From Clostridia bacterium (GTDB lineage: Bacteria > Bacillota > Clostridia > UBA1381): 64,000 nt of DNA. The stretch is from the NCBI GenBank assembly GCA_045544615.1, contig JAZPZI010000039.1:29046-93045 (forward strand), given 5' to 3'. A model generated the notes under the pieces. That model saw only the letters and a list, made by a program, of their open reading frames with translations, searched no databases and was not told the origin of the DNA. Positions within the stretch are counted from its first letter, which is position 1, and each line of letters starts with the position of its first letter. Shown here in pieces: positions 10,484 through 20,857 of the stretch. Both the position numbers and the translations under genes were made by a program.

Positions 10484-11248
10484 TCACAGATTTTCTTCTA
10501 TGAATCTGTCAAAATGCTTCATATACTCAAAAACCATCTCGTCGGTTGACTTGTATCTTGAGAGAATGAAGGCATGGACTGCACCGTCTAATTCTATGTA
10601 TTCGCATTTTGTGCCCGCATCCGAGAACTTTTCAGAAAACTCCTTTGTCGGGTGGAAATCAACCGTCACATCGGCATTCCCGTGTAAGCACAAGAATCGG
10701 GTGTCGAGCTTTTTGATGTGTTCAAGAGGTGATGCCTTTTTCAAATCCTCCGGAGTTTTTGCGATAAAGCTCCAGGGAGTGCAGTCGATAACAGGGTTTG
10801 CGGCTATTACAATATCAGCACCAACCGATTTGTCGAGACCGAGCATAAGTGCAAGATATGCTCCTGCTGAGTCACCCATTATGATGAGCTTTTTGAAAGC
10901 TACCTGCGATTTTATAAATCCAACTGCAGCCTTGCAGTCGTCAATCTGGTCAAATATGTCGGTATCTTCTGAAATATCAATCGAGCGATAGGATATTGCA
11001 GCTGATGAAAAGCCTTTGTCGGCATAGTACTGTGCCTGAAAATTCATCCAGCTTCCGCTCCAGACCTCTGCATCCTCCTTTATAGCCTTGAATCCGCCGC
11101 CGTGGATTGCAAGGACCAAAGTGTCCGACTCTCTTTTGTAGATTTTAACCGGAAGTCGTACCCCGTCAACCTTTTTATAGTATGTATCAACCTCGGCAGG
11201 GATTGCACGAAGTCGGTCTGTTTCTTTTGTGGCATCGAAGTTTGGCAT
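10484..11248 (-). CDS. Alpha/beta hydrolase (HSL-like esterase/lipase fold)
   Basis: HGGGF oxyanion motif, GDSAG nucleophile elbow, C-terminal HGNAD..VHAF. Apparently forms an operon with the ECF S component. Confidence 0.8.
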   Translation of the reverse strand: MPNFDATKETDRLRAIPAEVDTYYKKVDGVRLPVKIYKRESDTLVLAIHGGGFKAIKEDAEVWSGSWMNFQAQYYADKGFSSAAISYRSIDISEDTDIFDQIDDCKAAVGFIKSQVAFKKLIIMGDSAGAYLALMLGLDKSVGADIVIAANPVIDCTPWSFIAKTPEDLKKASPLEHIKKLDTRFLCLHGNADVTVDFHPTKEFSEKFSDAGTKCEYIELDGAVHAFILSRYKSTDEMVFEYMKHFDRFIEENL

Positions 11249-11362
11249 TTTTGATTCTCCTTTGGATAAAAACTAAAATAATACTATCACAAAATAAGAA
11301 AAATTACAATAAAAATCGTGCAAATAGTCCTCTGTAGCACGTGACATTTAGCAATTTAACCG

Positions 11363-11390
11363 AAAAAGCCTTCCTATGGAGGGCTTTTTC
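11363..11390 (+). terminator. Orphan plus-strand terminator-like hairpin in the divergent promoter region
   Basis: AAGCCTTCC-tat-GGAGGGCTT (one U-G pair, valid only on the plus strand) followed by TTTTT. No plus-strand CDS lies upstream. Confidence 0.35.
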
Positions 11391-11420
11391 TTGTTACATC
11401 GGTTTTTTTGAGAAAAATAC

Positions 11421-11449
11421 TTGATATTCTTATGAAAAAATTGTATAAT
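11421..11449 (+). promoter_or_regulatory. Sigma-A type promoter of the gltX operon
   Basis: TTGATA (11421-11426), 17 nt spacer, TATAAT (11444-11449), about 95 nt before the gltX ATG. Confidence 0.6.
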
Positions 11450-11546
11450 AAACCTATATGTGTTTTTTGCAATAAATATTGGAAGAAACAGCGGTTTTTT
11501 TAAAGAAAAAGTCGTTTTTATAAATTTTTGAACAGGAGAAAACAAG

Positions 11547-13196
11547 ATGGATAATTTAAAACTTGCAGAGCTTTTATTCCCCGAGGTTACAAAAACACCC
11601 GAGGATTTGGAAAACCAATACCCGAAAAGAGATTTACCCGAGGGTGCCAAGGTGTCAAGATTTGCACCGAGCCCTACAGGATTTTTGCATATAGGCGGAC
11701 TTTTTGCAGCATTTATTGCAGAGCGTTCTGCTCACGCAAAGGGCGGCGTATTTTTCTTGAGAATTGAGGGTACCGACAAAAAGCGTGAGGTTGAAAACGG
11801 CGTGAGCGGTATCGTAAAGGGTATCAAGGATTTCGGCTTGAAGATTGACGAGGGTATGATGAGCGAAACCGAGGAAATCGGTGAATACGGTCCGTATCTT
11901 CAGAGCTCAAGAGTTGATATATATCACGTGTTCTGTAAAAAGCTTGTAGAAGCAGGTCTTGCATATCCGTGCTTCTGCTCGGCAGAGGAGATTTCGGCTA
12001 TCCGTGAGGAACAGGAAAAGAACAAGCTTTTGCCGGGTTACTACGGAAGCTTTGCAAAGTGCAGAAATCTGACCTATGAGGAAATAGAGGCAAAAATCAA
12101 GGCAGGCGAAAGCTATGTTCTGAGACTCAAGTCACCGGGCGATGCAGAAAAGAAGGTAGTTTTGGAGGATGCCATCAAGGGCAGAATCGAGATGCCTGAG
12201 AATATTTTAGATATCGTGCTTTTAAAGACCGACGGTATCCCGACATATCACTTTGCACACGCAGTTGATGATCACCTGATGGGTACAACTCACGTTATCA
12301 GAGGTGATGAGTGGATTTCATCAGCACCTATTCATATCCAACTTTTTGATGTGCTTGGCTTTGAAAAGCCTGTTTATGCACACATCTCGCCGATTATGAA
12401 GGAAGACGAAGAAACAGGCGGAAAAAGAAAGCTTTCAAAGCGTAAGGACCCCGAGGCGGCAGTTGAATACTACCACGAGGAAGGCTACCCATACGGTGCG
12501 GTGCTCGAATACTTATACACTATCGCAAACTCGAACTTTGAGGAGTGGAGAAGGGAAAATCCGGATAGTTCTATCGACGAGTTTGATTTCCGGTTCAAGA
12601 ATATGAGCAAAACCGGTGCTTTGTTTGACCTGGCAAAGCTTACCGATATCAGCAAGACATATATCTCAAAGCTCGATGCCGATACGGTTTTGGAAAATGT
12701 TATGGCATGGGCAAAGGAATATGATGCGGAGTTCTATAATAAGCTCGCAGCGGATAAGGACTATGCAAAGGCGATATTCTCAATCGAGCGTGGCAACGAA
12801 AAGCCACGTAAGGATATAGCAAAGTGGGCAGACGCTGTTGACTATACTGCATATTTCTTTGCAGAGCCGACCGAGAGAGAATACCCCGAAACACAGGCTC
12901 CTGAGGATATGAAAAAGATTTTGGAAACCTATAAGATGGTTTACAACAAGGCTGATGACCAGGAGACATGGTTTGGAAGAATCAGAGAAATGAGCGAGGA
13001 GCTCGGCTATGCAAAGGCTCCGAAGATATATAAAAAGGACCCGGATAGCTTCAAGGGTCATGTTGGCGATGTAAGTACAGTAATCCGTGTTGCATTGACC
13101 GGCAGACGAAACACTCCCGACCTTCACCAGATTCTTGCTGTTTTGGGCGAGGAAGAAGTGATGAGGAGATTTGACAAGGCAATTTCCGAGCTTTGA
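11547..13196 (+). CDS. gltX: Glutamate--tRNA ligase
   Basis: 549 aa. Class I HIGH-type motif PSPTGFLHIGG and KMSKS-type KLSKRK. RBS aggag. Confidence 0.88.
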   Translation: MDNLKLAELLFPEVTKTPEDLENQYPKRDLPEGAKVSRFAPSPTGFLHIGGLFAAFIAERSAHAKGGVFFLRIEGTDKKREVENGVSGIVKGIKDFGLKIDEGMMSETEEIGEYGPYLQSSRVDIYHVFCKKLVEAGLAYPCFCSAEEISAIREEQEKNKLLPGYYGSFAKCRNLTYEEIEAKIKAGESYVLRLKSPGDAEKKVVLEDAIKGRIEMPENILDIVLLKTDGIPTYHFAHAVDDHLMGTTHVIRGDEWISSAPIHIQLFDVLGFEKPVYAHISPIMKEDEETGGKRKLSKRKDPEAAVEYYHEEGYPYGAVLEYLYTIANSNFEEWRRENPDSSIDEFDFRFKNMSKTGALFDLAKLTDISKTYISKLDADTVLENVMAWAKEYDAEFYNKLAADKDYAKAIFSIERGNEKPRKDIAKWADAVDYTAYFFAEPTEREYPETQAPEDMKKILETYKMVYNKADDQETWFGRIREMSEELGYAKAPKIYKKDPDSFKGHVGDVSTVIRVALTGRRNTPDLHQILAVLGEEEVMRRFDKAISEL

Positions 13197-13217
13197 TAGA
13201 AAGGATTGGTTATAACG

Positions 13218-14894
13218 ATGGAAGAAAACAGAGAAAATATAGGCACTAATTTTATACACGAGGCAATCAACAAGGACTTGGCAGACGGTGTTTATAGCAA
13301 GGTACAGACAAGATTTCCGCCAGAGCCTAACGGATATTTGCATATCGGTCATGCAAAGGCTATCTGCATCGACTTCGGAACAGCAGAAAAGTATAAGGGC
13401 GAATGTAATCTCCGACTCGATGATACTAATCCTACAAAAGAGGATACCGAGTATGTTGATGCTATAATGGAGGACATAAAGTGGCTCGGCTTTAAGTGGA
13501 ACAAGGTGCTTTATGCATCAGATTACTTTGACGATATCTATGAGTGTGCAATAAAGCTTATCAAGATGGGAAAGGCGTTTGTTGACGACCTCTCGGCTGA
13601 TGAGATAAGAGAATACAGAGGCACACTCACAACTCCGGGTAAGGAAAGCCCATATAAGTCAAGAAGCATCGAAGAAAACCTTGATCTTTTTGAGAGAATG
13701 ACAAAGGGTGAGTTCGGAAACGGCGAGAAGGTGTTAAGAGCAAAGATTGATATGGCGTCTCCTAACCTCAATATGCGTGACCCGGTAATCTACAGAATAC
13801 TCCACGCAACCCACCACAGAACAGGCGACAAGTGGTGCGTATATCCGATGTATGACTTTGCACACCCGATTTCGGATACTGTTGAGGGTGTTACACACTC
13901 ACTCTGCTCACTCGAGTTTGAGGACCACAGACCGCTTTATGACTGGTTCCTGAAGGAGCTTGGCTTTGAGGCTCCGTCACGCCAGATTGAATTTGCAAGA
14001 ATGAACTTAAACTATACCTTAACAAGTAAGAGAAAGTGCTTGAAGCTTGTTACCGACGGTATTGTTTCAGGCTGGGATGACCCGAGAATGGGAACTCTCT
14101 GCGGTATGAGAAGACGTGGTTATACTGCCGCTGCAATCAGGGATTTCTGCGAGAGAATCGGTGTTGCAAAGGCAAATAGCGTAATTGATTTCAGTCTCCT
14201 CGAGCATTGCGTAAGGGAGGACTTGAATAAGGTTGCACCGAGAGCTATGGCGGTATTGAGACCACTAAAGCTCATTGTTGACAATTATCCGGAAGGTAAG
14301 ACCGAGGAAATCACAGTTGAGGTAAACCCTGAAAATCCGGATGCAGGAACAAGAACCGTAACATTCTCAAAGAACCTCTATATTGAGGCTGACGACTTTA
14401 TGGAAGAACCGCCAAAGAAGTATTTCAGAATGTTCCCGGGAAATGAAGTGCGTCTAAAGGGTGCATATTATGTGACCTGCACAGGTGTTGACAAGGATGA
14501 GAACGGCGAGATAGTTGCACTTCACTGCACATATGATCCTGAGAGCTTCGGCGGTGAAACACCTGACGGCAGAAAGGTAAGAGGCACAATCCACTGGGTA
14601 AGTGCTGACCATGCAGTTGCTGCGACAGTCAGACTCTATGACAGACTTTTCAATGTTGAGAATCCGTCGGATGAGAGCAAGGTCGGAAGCTTTACCGAAA
14701 ACCTGAACCCTGACTCGGTTGAGGTCCTGGAAAACTGTAAGCTTGAGGCGAACTTAAAGGATGCAAAGCCGGGCGACAGCTTCCAGTTTATGAGACTCGG
14801 ATATTTCTGTGTTGATACCGAGAGCACAGATGATAAGTTGGTATTTAACCGCACAGTTGCCCTTAAGGATTCATGGGCAAAGGCGAACAAATAA
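13218..14894 (+). CDS. glnS: Glutamine--tRNA ligase
   Basis: [17 protein letters not shown] and LTSKRK motifs, with a GlnRS-like C-terminal anticodon-binding region. ATG at 13218 is preferred over the TTG at 13206 used in the ORF track. Confidence 0.9.
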   Translation: MEENRENIGTNFIHEAINKDLADGVYSKVQTRFPPEPNGYLHIGHAKAICIDFGTAEKYKGECNLRLDDTNPTKEDTEYVDAIMEDIKWLGFKWNKVLYASDYFDDIYECAIKLIKMGKAFVDDLSADEIREYRGTLTTPGKESPYKSRSIEENLDLFERMTKGEFGNGEKVLRAKIDMASPNLNMRDPVIYRILHATHHRTGDKWCVYPMYDFAHPISDTVEGVTHSLCSLEFEDHRPLYDWFLKELGFEAPSRQIEFARMNLNYTLTSKRKCLKLVTDGIVSGWDDPRMGTLCGMRRRGYTAAAIRDFCERIGVAKANSVIDFSLLEHCVREDLNKVAPRAMAVLRPLKLIVDNYPEGKTEEITVEVNPENPDAGTRTVTFSKNLYIEADDFMEEPPKKYFRMFPGNEVRLKGAYYVTCTGVDKDENGEIVALHCTYDPESFGGETPDGRKVRGTIHWVSADHAVAATVRLYDRLFNVENPSDESKVGSFTENLNPDSVEVLENCKLEANLKDAKPGDSFQFMRLGYFCVDTESTDDKLVFNRTVALKDSWAKANK

Positions 14895-14927
14895 ACCGTA
14901 GGTAAGACGGGAAGGAATGAAACGAAA

Positions 14928-16124
14928 ATGAATTACGAAAAATTTTATGCAGACAGAGTAAAACCAATGAAGGGCTCTGCAATCCGTGAGATGTTCAAAA
15001 GAATGGCAGACCCAGAGATTATTTCGCTTGCGGGCGGAAACCCTGCATCCGAGCTTTTCCCGGGTGATGAGCTCTCAAAGATTGCAGGAAAAATCCTTAT
15101 GACAAACCCGACAGGTGCTTTGCAGTACGGCACAACCGACGGCGTTCCTGCAATGAAGGAATGTGCTATCGGGAGAGCTAAAAAGGCAAACTCATATAAG
15201 GACACCGATGCGGTTATTATCATGACCGGTGCGAATCAGGGAATTGACCTGACCACCAAGGCATTGATAAACAAGGGCGACAAGATTATAGTTGAGAGCC
15301 CGAGCTTTATCGGAAGCCTGAATGCGTTCAGAACATACGAAGCCGAGCTTGTTGGCGTTAAGGTGGATGACGACGGAATGAATATCGAGGCTCTGGAGGA
15401 GGCTTTGAAGGCCAACTCGGATGTCAAGATGATCTACACTATCCCGACATTCCAGAACCCGACAGGTACAACAATGACACTCGAGAAGAGAAAACGCCTG
15501 ATCGAGCTTGCAAACAAGTATGATGTATTGGTGCTTGAGGATAATCCGTATGGCGATCTGAGATTCAAGGGCGAGGATATCCCGACCTTGAAGTCTATGG
15601 ATACCGAGGGAAGAGTTATCTATGTCGGCTCATTCTCGAAGATTTTGTCACCGGGTATGCGACTTGGCTATCTTGTGGCAGCACCTGAGCTTATCGCAAA
15701 AATCGAAATCCTAAAGCAGGTAAACGACGTGCATACACCGGTTTTGACACAGCTTATGTGCGTTGAGTTTATGAAAAAATACAACATTGACTCATATATT
15801 GCCAAAAACCGTGACCTCTACGGCAAGAAGTGTGCAGTTATGGTTGAGGCGATGGAAAAGTACTTCCCGAAGGGAAAGGTTAAGTGGACAGTTCCTGACG
15901 GCGGAATCTTCCTCTGGTGTGAATGCCCTGAACTTGAGGACATCTCACCGGTTGTTGAGAAGGCACTCGAGAAAAAGGTTGCAATCGTACCGGGCTCGAA
16001 CTTTGCTATCGATATGAAGGCACCGTCTAATATGTTCCGCCTTAACTATTCATCGGCAACACCTGAGAAGATTGAAGAGGGTGTACGCCGTCTTGGTGAG
16101 GCTCTTTGTGAAATTTTAGGTTAA
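14928..16124 (+). CDS. PLP-dependent aminotransferase (class I/II fold, MocR/LysN-like catalytic domain)
   Basis: 398 aa. SFSKILSPGMRLGY contains the PLP-lysine motif, and NPTG is conserved. Confidence 0.85.
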   Translation: MNYEKFYADRVKPMKGSAIREMFKRMADPEIISLAGGNPASELFPGDELSKIAGKILMTNPTGALQYGTTDGVPAMKECAIGRAKKANSYKDTDAVIIMTGANQGIDLTTKALINKGDKIIVESPSFIGSLNAFRTYEAELVGVKVDDDGMNIEALEEALKANSDVKMIYTIPTFQNPTGTTMTLEKRKRLIELANKYDVLVLEDNPYGDLRFKGEDIPTLKSMDTEGRVIYVGSFSKILSPGMRLGYLVAAPELIAKIEILKQVNDVHTPVLTQLMCVEFMKKYNIDSYIAKNRDLYGKKCAVMVEAMEKYFPKGKVKWTVPDGGIFLWCECPELEDISPVVEKALEKKVAIVPGSNFAIDMKAPSNMFRLNYSSATPEKIEEGVRRLGEALCEILG

Positions 16125-16138
16125 GAGGTATTTTGAAA

Positions 16139-17140
16139 ATGGATGATAAGAAGATAATTTTCTCGGGGATTCAGCCCTCGGGAGTTATAACACTCGGTAA
16201 CTATCTGGGTGCACTCAAAAACTGGGTAGACCTCCAGCACGATTACCATTGCTGCTACTCGATTGTTGATATGCACGCAATCACAGTAAGACAGGACCCG
16301 GCAGAGCTTCGTAAGCGTTCGCTTGATTTATTGAAGCTCTATATCGCCTGCGGAATCGACCCGGAGGAAAACCTGCTCTTTATGCAGTCGCACGTTCCGG
16401 CTCACGCAGAGCTTGCATGGATTTTAAACTGCTACACCTATATGGGCGAGCTTTCGAGAATGACACAGTTTAAGGATAAATCAAAAAGACATGAAGATAA
16501 TATAAATGCAGGGCTCTTTACATACCCTGTCCTTATGGCGGCAGATATACTTCTCTATAAGTCTGACCTTGTTCCTGTCGGAAAGGACCAGATGCAGCAT
16601 CTTGAGCTTGCAAGGGATATTGCAATCCGCTTCAACTCTGTTTACGGCGATGTATTTACAGTACCGGAGGGATTCGTGACCAAGGCAGGAGCCAAGATTA
16701 TGAGCTTAACAGAGCCTACAAAGAAGATGTCAAAATCTGACCCGAATCCGAAGGGATACATCTCGATGCTTGATGACTTCAATGTAATTGCAAAGAAGAT
16801 AAAGAGTGCAACTACAGACAGCGAAGGCATCATCGAATACCGTGAAAATGACCCTGAAAAGGCAGGTATCAATAACCTTTTGAGTATTATGGCGGCAGTT
16901 TGCGGTAAGACTCCGGAGGAGGTTGCAAAGGAATATAGCGGTAAGGGTTACGGCGACTTCAAGGCAGATATTGCCGAGGCGGTTGTTGAGCATATCCGTC
17001 CTATCCGTGAAAAGTATGACGATTTGTCAAAGAACAAGGACTACCTTGAGGGAATATATAAGATGGGTGCAGAGCGTGCAGGCAAAATGGCGGCTCGCAC
17101 AATCACCAAGGTGAAGAAGAAGGTCGGATTTATAATCTGA
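16139..17140 (+). CDS. trpS: Tryptophan--tRNA ligase
   Basis: IFSGIQPSG..TLGNYLGA and KMSKS motifs. ATG at 16139, with RBS aagagg 10 nt upstream. Confidence 0.93.
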   Translation: MDDKKIIFSGIQPSGVITLGNYLGALKNWVDLQHDYHCCYSIVDMHAITVRQDPAELRKRSLDLLKLYIACGIDPEENLLFMQSHVPAHAELAWILNCYTYMGELSRMTQFKDKSKRHEDNINAGLFTYPVLMAADILLYKSDLVPVGKDQMQHLELARDIAIRFNSVYGDVFTVPEGFVTKAGAKIMSLTEPTKKMSKSDPNPKGYISMLDDFNVIAKKIKSATTDSEGIIEYRENDPEKAGINNLLSIMAAVCGKTPEEVAKEYSGKGYGDFKADIAEAVVEHIRPIREKYDDLSKNKDYLEGIYKMGAERAGKMAARTITKVKKKVGFII

Positions 17141-17159
17141 CCCTTGAGGGAGAACACGA

Positions 17160-18254
17160 ATGAAAACTCATGAACTGATTTTTTTGGTGTTGTCATTTAT
17201 AGTCGCATTTGTGATTACCTTTCTGATGACTCCGATTGCAAAGCATATAGCATACAGCATCAAGGCAATCGATGTTCCGAAGGATGCACGGCGTATGCAC
17301 AAGCGCCCGATACCGAGACTCGGCGGACTTGCGATGATTTTCGGATTTATGGTTGCGGTTTTGTGCTTTGGAAGGCTCGATAAAGGCCTTACCTCGGTGC
17401 TTATTTCGGGTATGATTATTGCGATAATGGGAGTCATAGACGATGCCAAAGCGCTCGATGCAAAGCCAAAGTTTTTAGTGCAGATTATTGCGGCGCTGAT
17501 AGTGGTTTTGTGGGGCGAGCTCCGAATAGAGGTATTTACAAACCCGATTGTATGGTCCGGAGAGCCTTATCTTGTGTTGCCGATGTGGGCATCGGTTATC
17601 GTTTCGGTTTTGTGGATAGTCTTTATCACCAACGCAGTAAATTTCATAGACGGACTCGACGGTCTTGCGGCGGGCGTTTCTGCCATAATGACGGTCAGCC
17701 TTGTATTCATATCGGCACGACTCGGTGAGTATCCGGTTGCTGTTTTGGGAACTGCGCTGATGGGTGCGTGCTTTGGATTTTTGCCGTATAATTTCAACCC
17801 GGCAAAGATGTTTATGGGCGATACCGGCTCGACATTTTTAGGGTTTATGCTTGCGACAATCTCGATTCAGGGAGTGTTCAAAAGCTATGCGGTAATATCG
17901 TTTGCAGTACCGCTTCTTATCTTGGGACTTCCGCTTTTCGATGCACTTTTTGCTATGATAAGACGAATTATGAAAGGTCAGAGCCCGATGCAGGCAGACA
18001 GAGGACACCTGCACCACAGACTCATCGACATGGGATTTTCGCAGAAACAGTCGGTATTTATACTCTATGCAATAAGCGGAATACTTGGAATCACTGCGGT
18101 AATCCTGGCAGAAAGCAGTGCACTCAGAGCTGTGCTTTTGCTTGTTTGCGTGATAATATTTGTGCTAATTCAGGGAATCCTCATAAAGCCGGGAAGGCAT
18201 AAAGAAGATGCAGATGAGAATTTGACCGACGAAGAAAATAAAGGAGAAGAATAA
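17160..18254 (+). CDS. tagO: UDP-GlcNAc:undecaprenyl-phosphate GlcNAc-1-phosphate transferase (MraY/WecA family, GT4)
   Basis: 10-11 TM segments with NAVNFIDGLDGLA and FMGDTGS motifs. Confidence 0.85.
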   Translation: MKTHELIFLVLSFIVAFVITFLMTPIAKHIAYSIKAIDVPKDARRMHKRPIPRLGGLAMIFGFMVAVLCFGRLDKGLTSVLISGMIIAIMGVIDDAKALDAKPKFLVQIIAALIVVLWGELRIEVFTNPIVWSGEPYLVLPMWASVIVSVLWIVFITNAVNFIDGLDGLAAGVSAIMTVSLVFISARLGEYPVAVLGTALMGACFGFLPYNFNPAKMFMGDTGSTFLGFMLATISIQGVFKSYAVISFAVPLLILGLPLFDALFAMIRRIMKGQSPMQADRGHLHHRLIDMGFSQKQSVFILYAISGILGITAVILAESSALRAVLLLVCVIIFVLIQGILIKPGRHKEDADENLTDEENKGEE

Positions 18255-19405
18255 TGGATAAAATAAAGGTGATGACGGTTTTCGGCACACGTCCCGAGGC
18301 TATTAAGATGGCACCTTTGGCGATTGAGCTTGAAAAAAATCCTAAAATCGAGAGCATTGTTTGTGTTACTGCACAGCACCGTGAGATGCTCGACCAAGTT
18401 ATGGAACTTTTCAAACTCAAAGCCGACTATGACCTTGATATAATGAAAGAGCGCCAGAGTCTTTTGGGAATAACCACAAGAGTTTTAGAAGGGCTTGACG
18501 CCGTTATGAAGGAGGCAAAGCCTGACATAGTGCTTGTACACGGCGACACAACAACAAGCTTTGTCGGTGCATTGGCAGCGTTCTATAATCAGATTCCTGT
18601 AGGACATGTTGAGGCAGGCTTGAGAACTTATGATAAATACTCGCCATTCCCTGAGGAGATGAACAGAAATCTCACAGGAAGAATTGCCGAGCTTCATTTC
18701 TCACCGACGGTACAAAACCGTGATAATCTCTTGAGGGAAAATATCCCTGCAGAGGACATTTTCATTACGGGAAATACTGTAATTGATGCCTTAAAGACTA
18801 CAGTAAGGGAAGAGTATGTTTTCCAGAACGATACTCTAAACAGTATGGATTTTGACGGGAAGCGTGTGATTGTAGTCACAGCACACCGCCGTGAGAATCT
18901 CGGAAAACCGCTTGAGAATATATGCAATGCGATTTTAGACATCACAAAGGAATACCCCGATGTTGAGGTGGTGTATCCTGTACACTTAAACCCTGCGGTA
19001 AGAGAAACTGTATTTGGAATCCTCGGCTCGGAGGAGAGAATACACCTTATAGACCCTGTATCGGTTGATGACCTCCATAATGCGATTTCAAGAAGCTATA
19101 TGGTTATGACCGACTCGGGCGGTATTCAGGAAGAAGCTCCCGCACTTGCAAAGCCTGTTCTGGTTTTGCGTCGTGAAACAGAACGTCCCGAGGCGGTAGC
19201 AGCGGGAACTGTTAAGCTTGCAGGCGTGGAGAGAGATGTGATAATCTCGATGGCAAAGGATTTGCTCGATAACGAAGAAAGCTATAAGGCTATGGCACAC
19301 GCCGCAAACCCTTACGGTGACGGTAACGCATCGGGAAGAATAATTGATGCAATACTCTATAGATACGGTTATTCGAAGGATCGTCCGAAAGACTATATTA
19401 TTTAA
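18254..19405 (+). CDS. wecB: UDP-N-acetylglucosamine 2-epimerase (non-hydrolysing)
   Basis: FGTRPEAIKMAP, HVEAGLRT and DSGGIQEEAP motifs. The start overlaps the tagO stop. Confidence 0.92.
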   Translation: MDKIKVMTVFGTRPEAIKMAPLAIELEKNPKIESIVCVTAQHREMLDQVMELFKLKADYDLDIMKERQSLLGITTRVLEGLDAVMKEAKPDIVLVHGDTTTSFVGALAAFYNQIPVGHVEAGLRTYDKYSPFPEEMNRNLTGRIAELHFSPTVQNRDNLLRENIPAEDIFITGNTVIDALKTTVREEYVFQNDTLNSMDFDGKRVIVVTAHRRENLGKPLENICNAILDITKEYPDVEVVYPVHLNPAVRETVFGILGSEERIHLIDPVSVDDLHNAISRSYMVMTDSGGIQEEAPALAKPVLVLRRETERPEAVAAGTVKLAGVERDVIISMAKDLLDNEESYKAMAHAANPYGDGNASGRIIDAILYRYGYSKDRPKDYII

Positions 19406-19425
19406 TAAGGAAGAAATACGATTTA

Positions 19426-20778
19426 ATGGAACAACAGAATAAAATGGGGACAATGGGAATCAACCGATTGCTCATAACAATGTCCCTGCCAATGATGATT
19501 TCTATGCTTGTGCAGTCGATGTACAATATCGTGGACAGTATATTCGTATCGCACTTTGACCCGAGGGCACTCACTGCGGTGTCCTTGTGTTTCCCGGTAC
19601 AGACGCTGATGATTGCGTTCGGAAACGGGACAAGCATAGGTGTAAATTCGATTTTATCAAGAAAACTCGGCGAGGGTGACAGAGCAGGTGCTACAAAGGT
19701 TGCACTAACCGGTGTATTTTTAGCACTTATCACCTCGATTGTTTTTGCAATCGCCGGAGGCTTTACAGCAAATAAGATTTTCGGCTTTTTCACCGACGAC
19801 CCCGAGACTGCGAAGATGGCATCACAGTACATGTGGTGGTGTACCGTTTTCTCACTCGGCACATTTATGCAGAATATCGGTGAAAAGCTCCTGATATCGA
19901 CAGGAAAAACGACATACAGTATGATATCGCAGATGAGCGGTGCTGTTATAAATATAATCCTTGACCCGATTTTGATTTTCGGACTTCTGGGCGCACCTAA
20001 GCTTGGTATTTCGGGTGCTGCGATTGCAACTATTATCGGACAATGGGGTGCGATGATTATTGCCTTTAGCTTTAATGCTCTGAAGAACAAGGAAATATCA
20101 CTGAATCCAAAAGGCTTTAAGCCGGAAGGTTCGATGGTTGGCGAGATTTATAAGATTGCAGTTCCGTCGATTATTATGCAGTCGATTATGTCGGCTATGA
20201 CCTTCGGCATGAATAAGATTCTTGGCGGAGATGTTGAGATTGCGGTGTTTGGTGCATACTATAAGCTCCATAGCTTTATCTTTATGCCGATATTTGGCTT
20301 GACGGGTGCGATGATACCGATTGTTGCATATAACCTCGGTGCAAAAAAGCGTGACAGAATTTATAAGACTATCCGGCTTGCACTCTATATTTCGATTTCG
20401 ATTATGGCGATTGGCACAATCCTTTTTGAACTCTTCCCGGGCTTTTTCCTTGGAATATTCAAGGCGGACAGCGAGATGCTCCGGATAGGTGTTCCGGCAC
20501 TTCGCATAATCTCGATAGGCTTTTGCTTCTCGGGGTTTTCGATAGTGTTCTGCTCGTGCTTCCAGGCAATCGGCAGAGCGTTTTTGAGCATGATAGTATC
20601 GATTGCAAGACAGCTTATAATTATCCTGCCACTTGCGTTTTTGATAAAGATGTTTTTCGGCACAGGCTATGTCTGGTGGGCAATGACGACCGCCGAGGTT
20701 GTCGGATGTGCGGTGTCGGTTACTATGTATATAATAGTTAAGAAAAAGATTCTTGAAAAGATTCCGGATAATGTATAA
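19426..20778 (+). CDS. MATE family efflux transporter
   Basis: 450 aa, about 12 TM segments, typical MATE N-terminus (LLITMSLPMMISMLVQSMYNIVDSIFV). Confidence 0.9.
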   Translation: MEQQNKMGTMGINRLLITMSLPMMISMLVQSMYNIVDSIFVSHFDPRALTAVSLCFPVQTLMIAFGNGTSIGVNSILSRKLGEGDRAGATKVALTGVFLALITSIVFAIAGGFTANKIFGFFTDDPETAKMASQYMWWCTVFSLGTFMQNIGEKLLISTGKTTYSMISQMSGAVINIILDPILIFGLLGAPKLGISGAAIATIIGQWGAMIIAFSFNALKNKEISLNPKGFKPEGSMVGEIYKIAVPSIIMQSIMSAMTFGMNKILGGDVEIAVFGAYYKLHSFIFMPIFGLTGAMIPIVAYNLGAKKRDRIYKTIRLALYISISIMAIGTILFELFPGFFLGIFKADSEMLRIGVPALRIISIGFCFSGFSIVFCSCFQAIGRAFLSMIVSIARQLIIILPLAFLIKMFFGTGYVWWAMTTAEVVGCAVSVTMYIIVKKKILEKIPDNV

Positions 20779-20805
20779 AAGAACGGCTTTGGCCGTTCTT
20801 TTTTG
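20779..20805 (+). terminator. Terminator after the MATE gene
   Basis: AAGAACGGC-tttg-GCCGTTCTT followed by TTTTT. Confidence 0.7.
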
Positions 20806-20857
20806 TGCGAATAACACCGCAGACCTCCCTCATATACTTATCAGGGGAGGTGTTTTT

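Noticed and set aside
9972-10991. 161-aa minus-strand ORF (9972-10457) and 195-aa plus-strand ORF (10404-10991)
   Set aside because: The first is an alternative frame of the ECF S-component gene. The second is antisense to the esterase gene. Both real genes have clear family motifs.
11249-11546. T-box or riboswitch leader upstream of gltX, and likewise upstream of trpS, prs and the ECF S component
   Set aside because: The leaders are about 95 nt or less, and I could find no specifier/antiterminator or known aptamer features. The ECF gene is directly preceded by another CDS.
12780-13352. 190-aa minus-strand ORF spanning the gltX/glnS junction
   Set aside because: It is antisense to two synthetase genes that carry canonical class I motifs, and it has no RBS or recognisable domain.
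19398-20817. Two long minus-strand ORFs (230 aa and 239 aa) and several shorter ones
   Set aside because: They are antisense to the MATE transporter gene. Their composition is an artefact of a hydrophobic-codon-rich gene, and they have no RBS or motifs.
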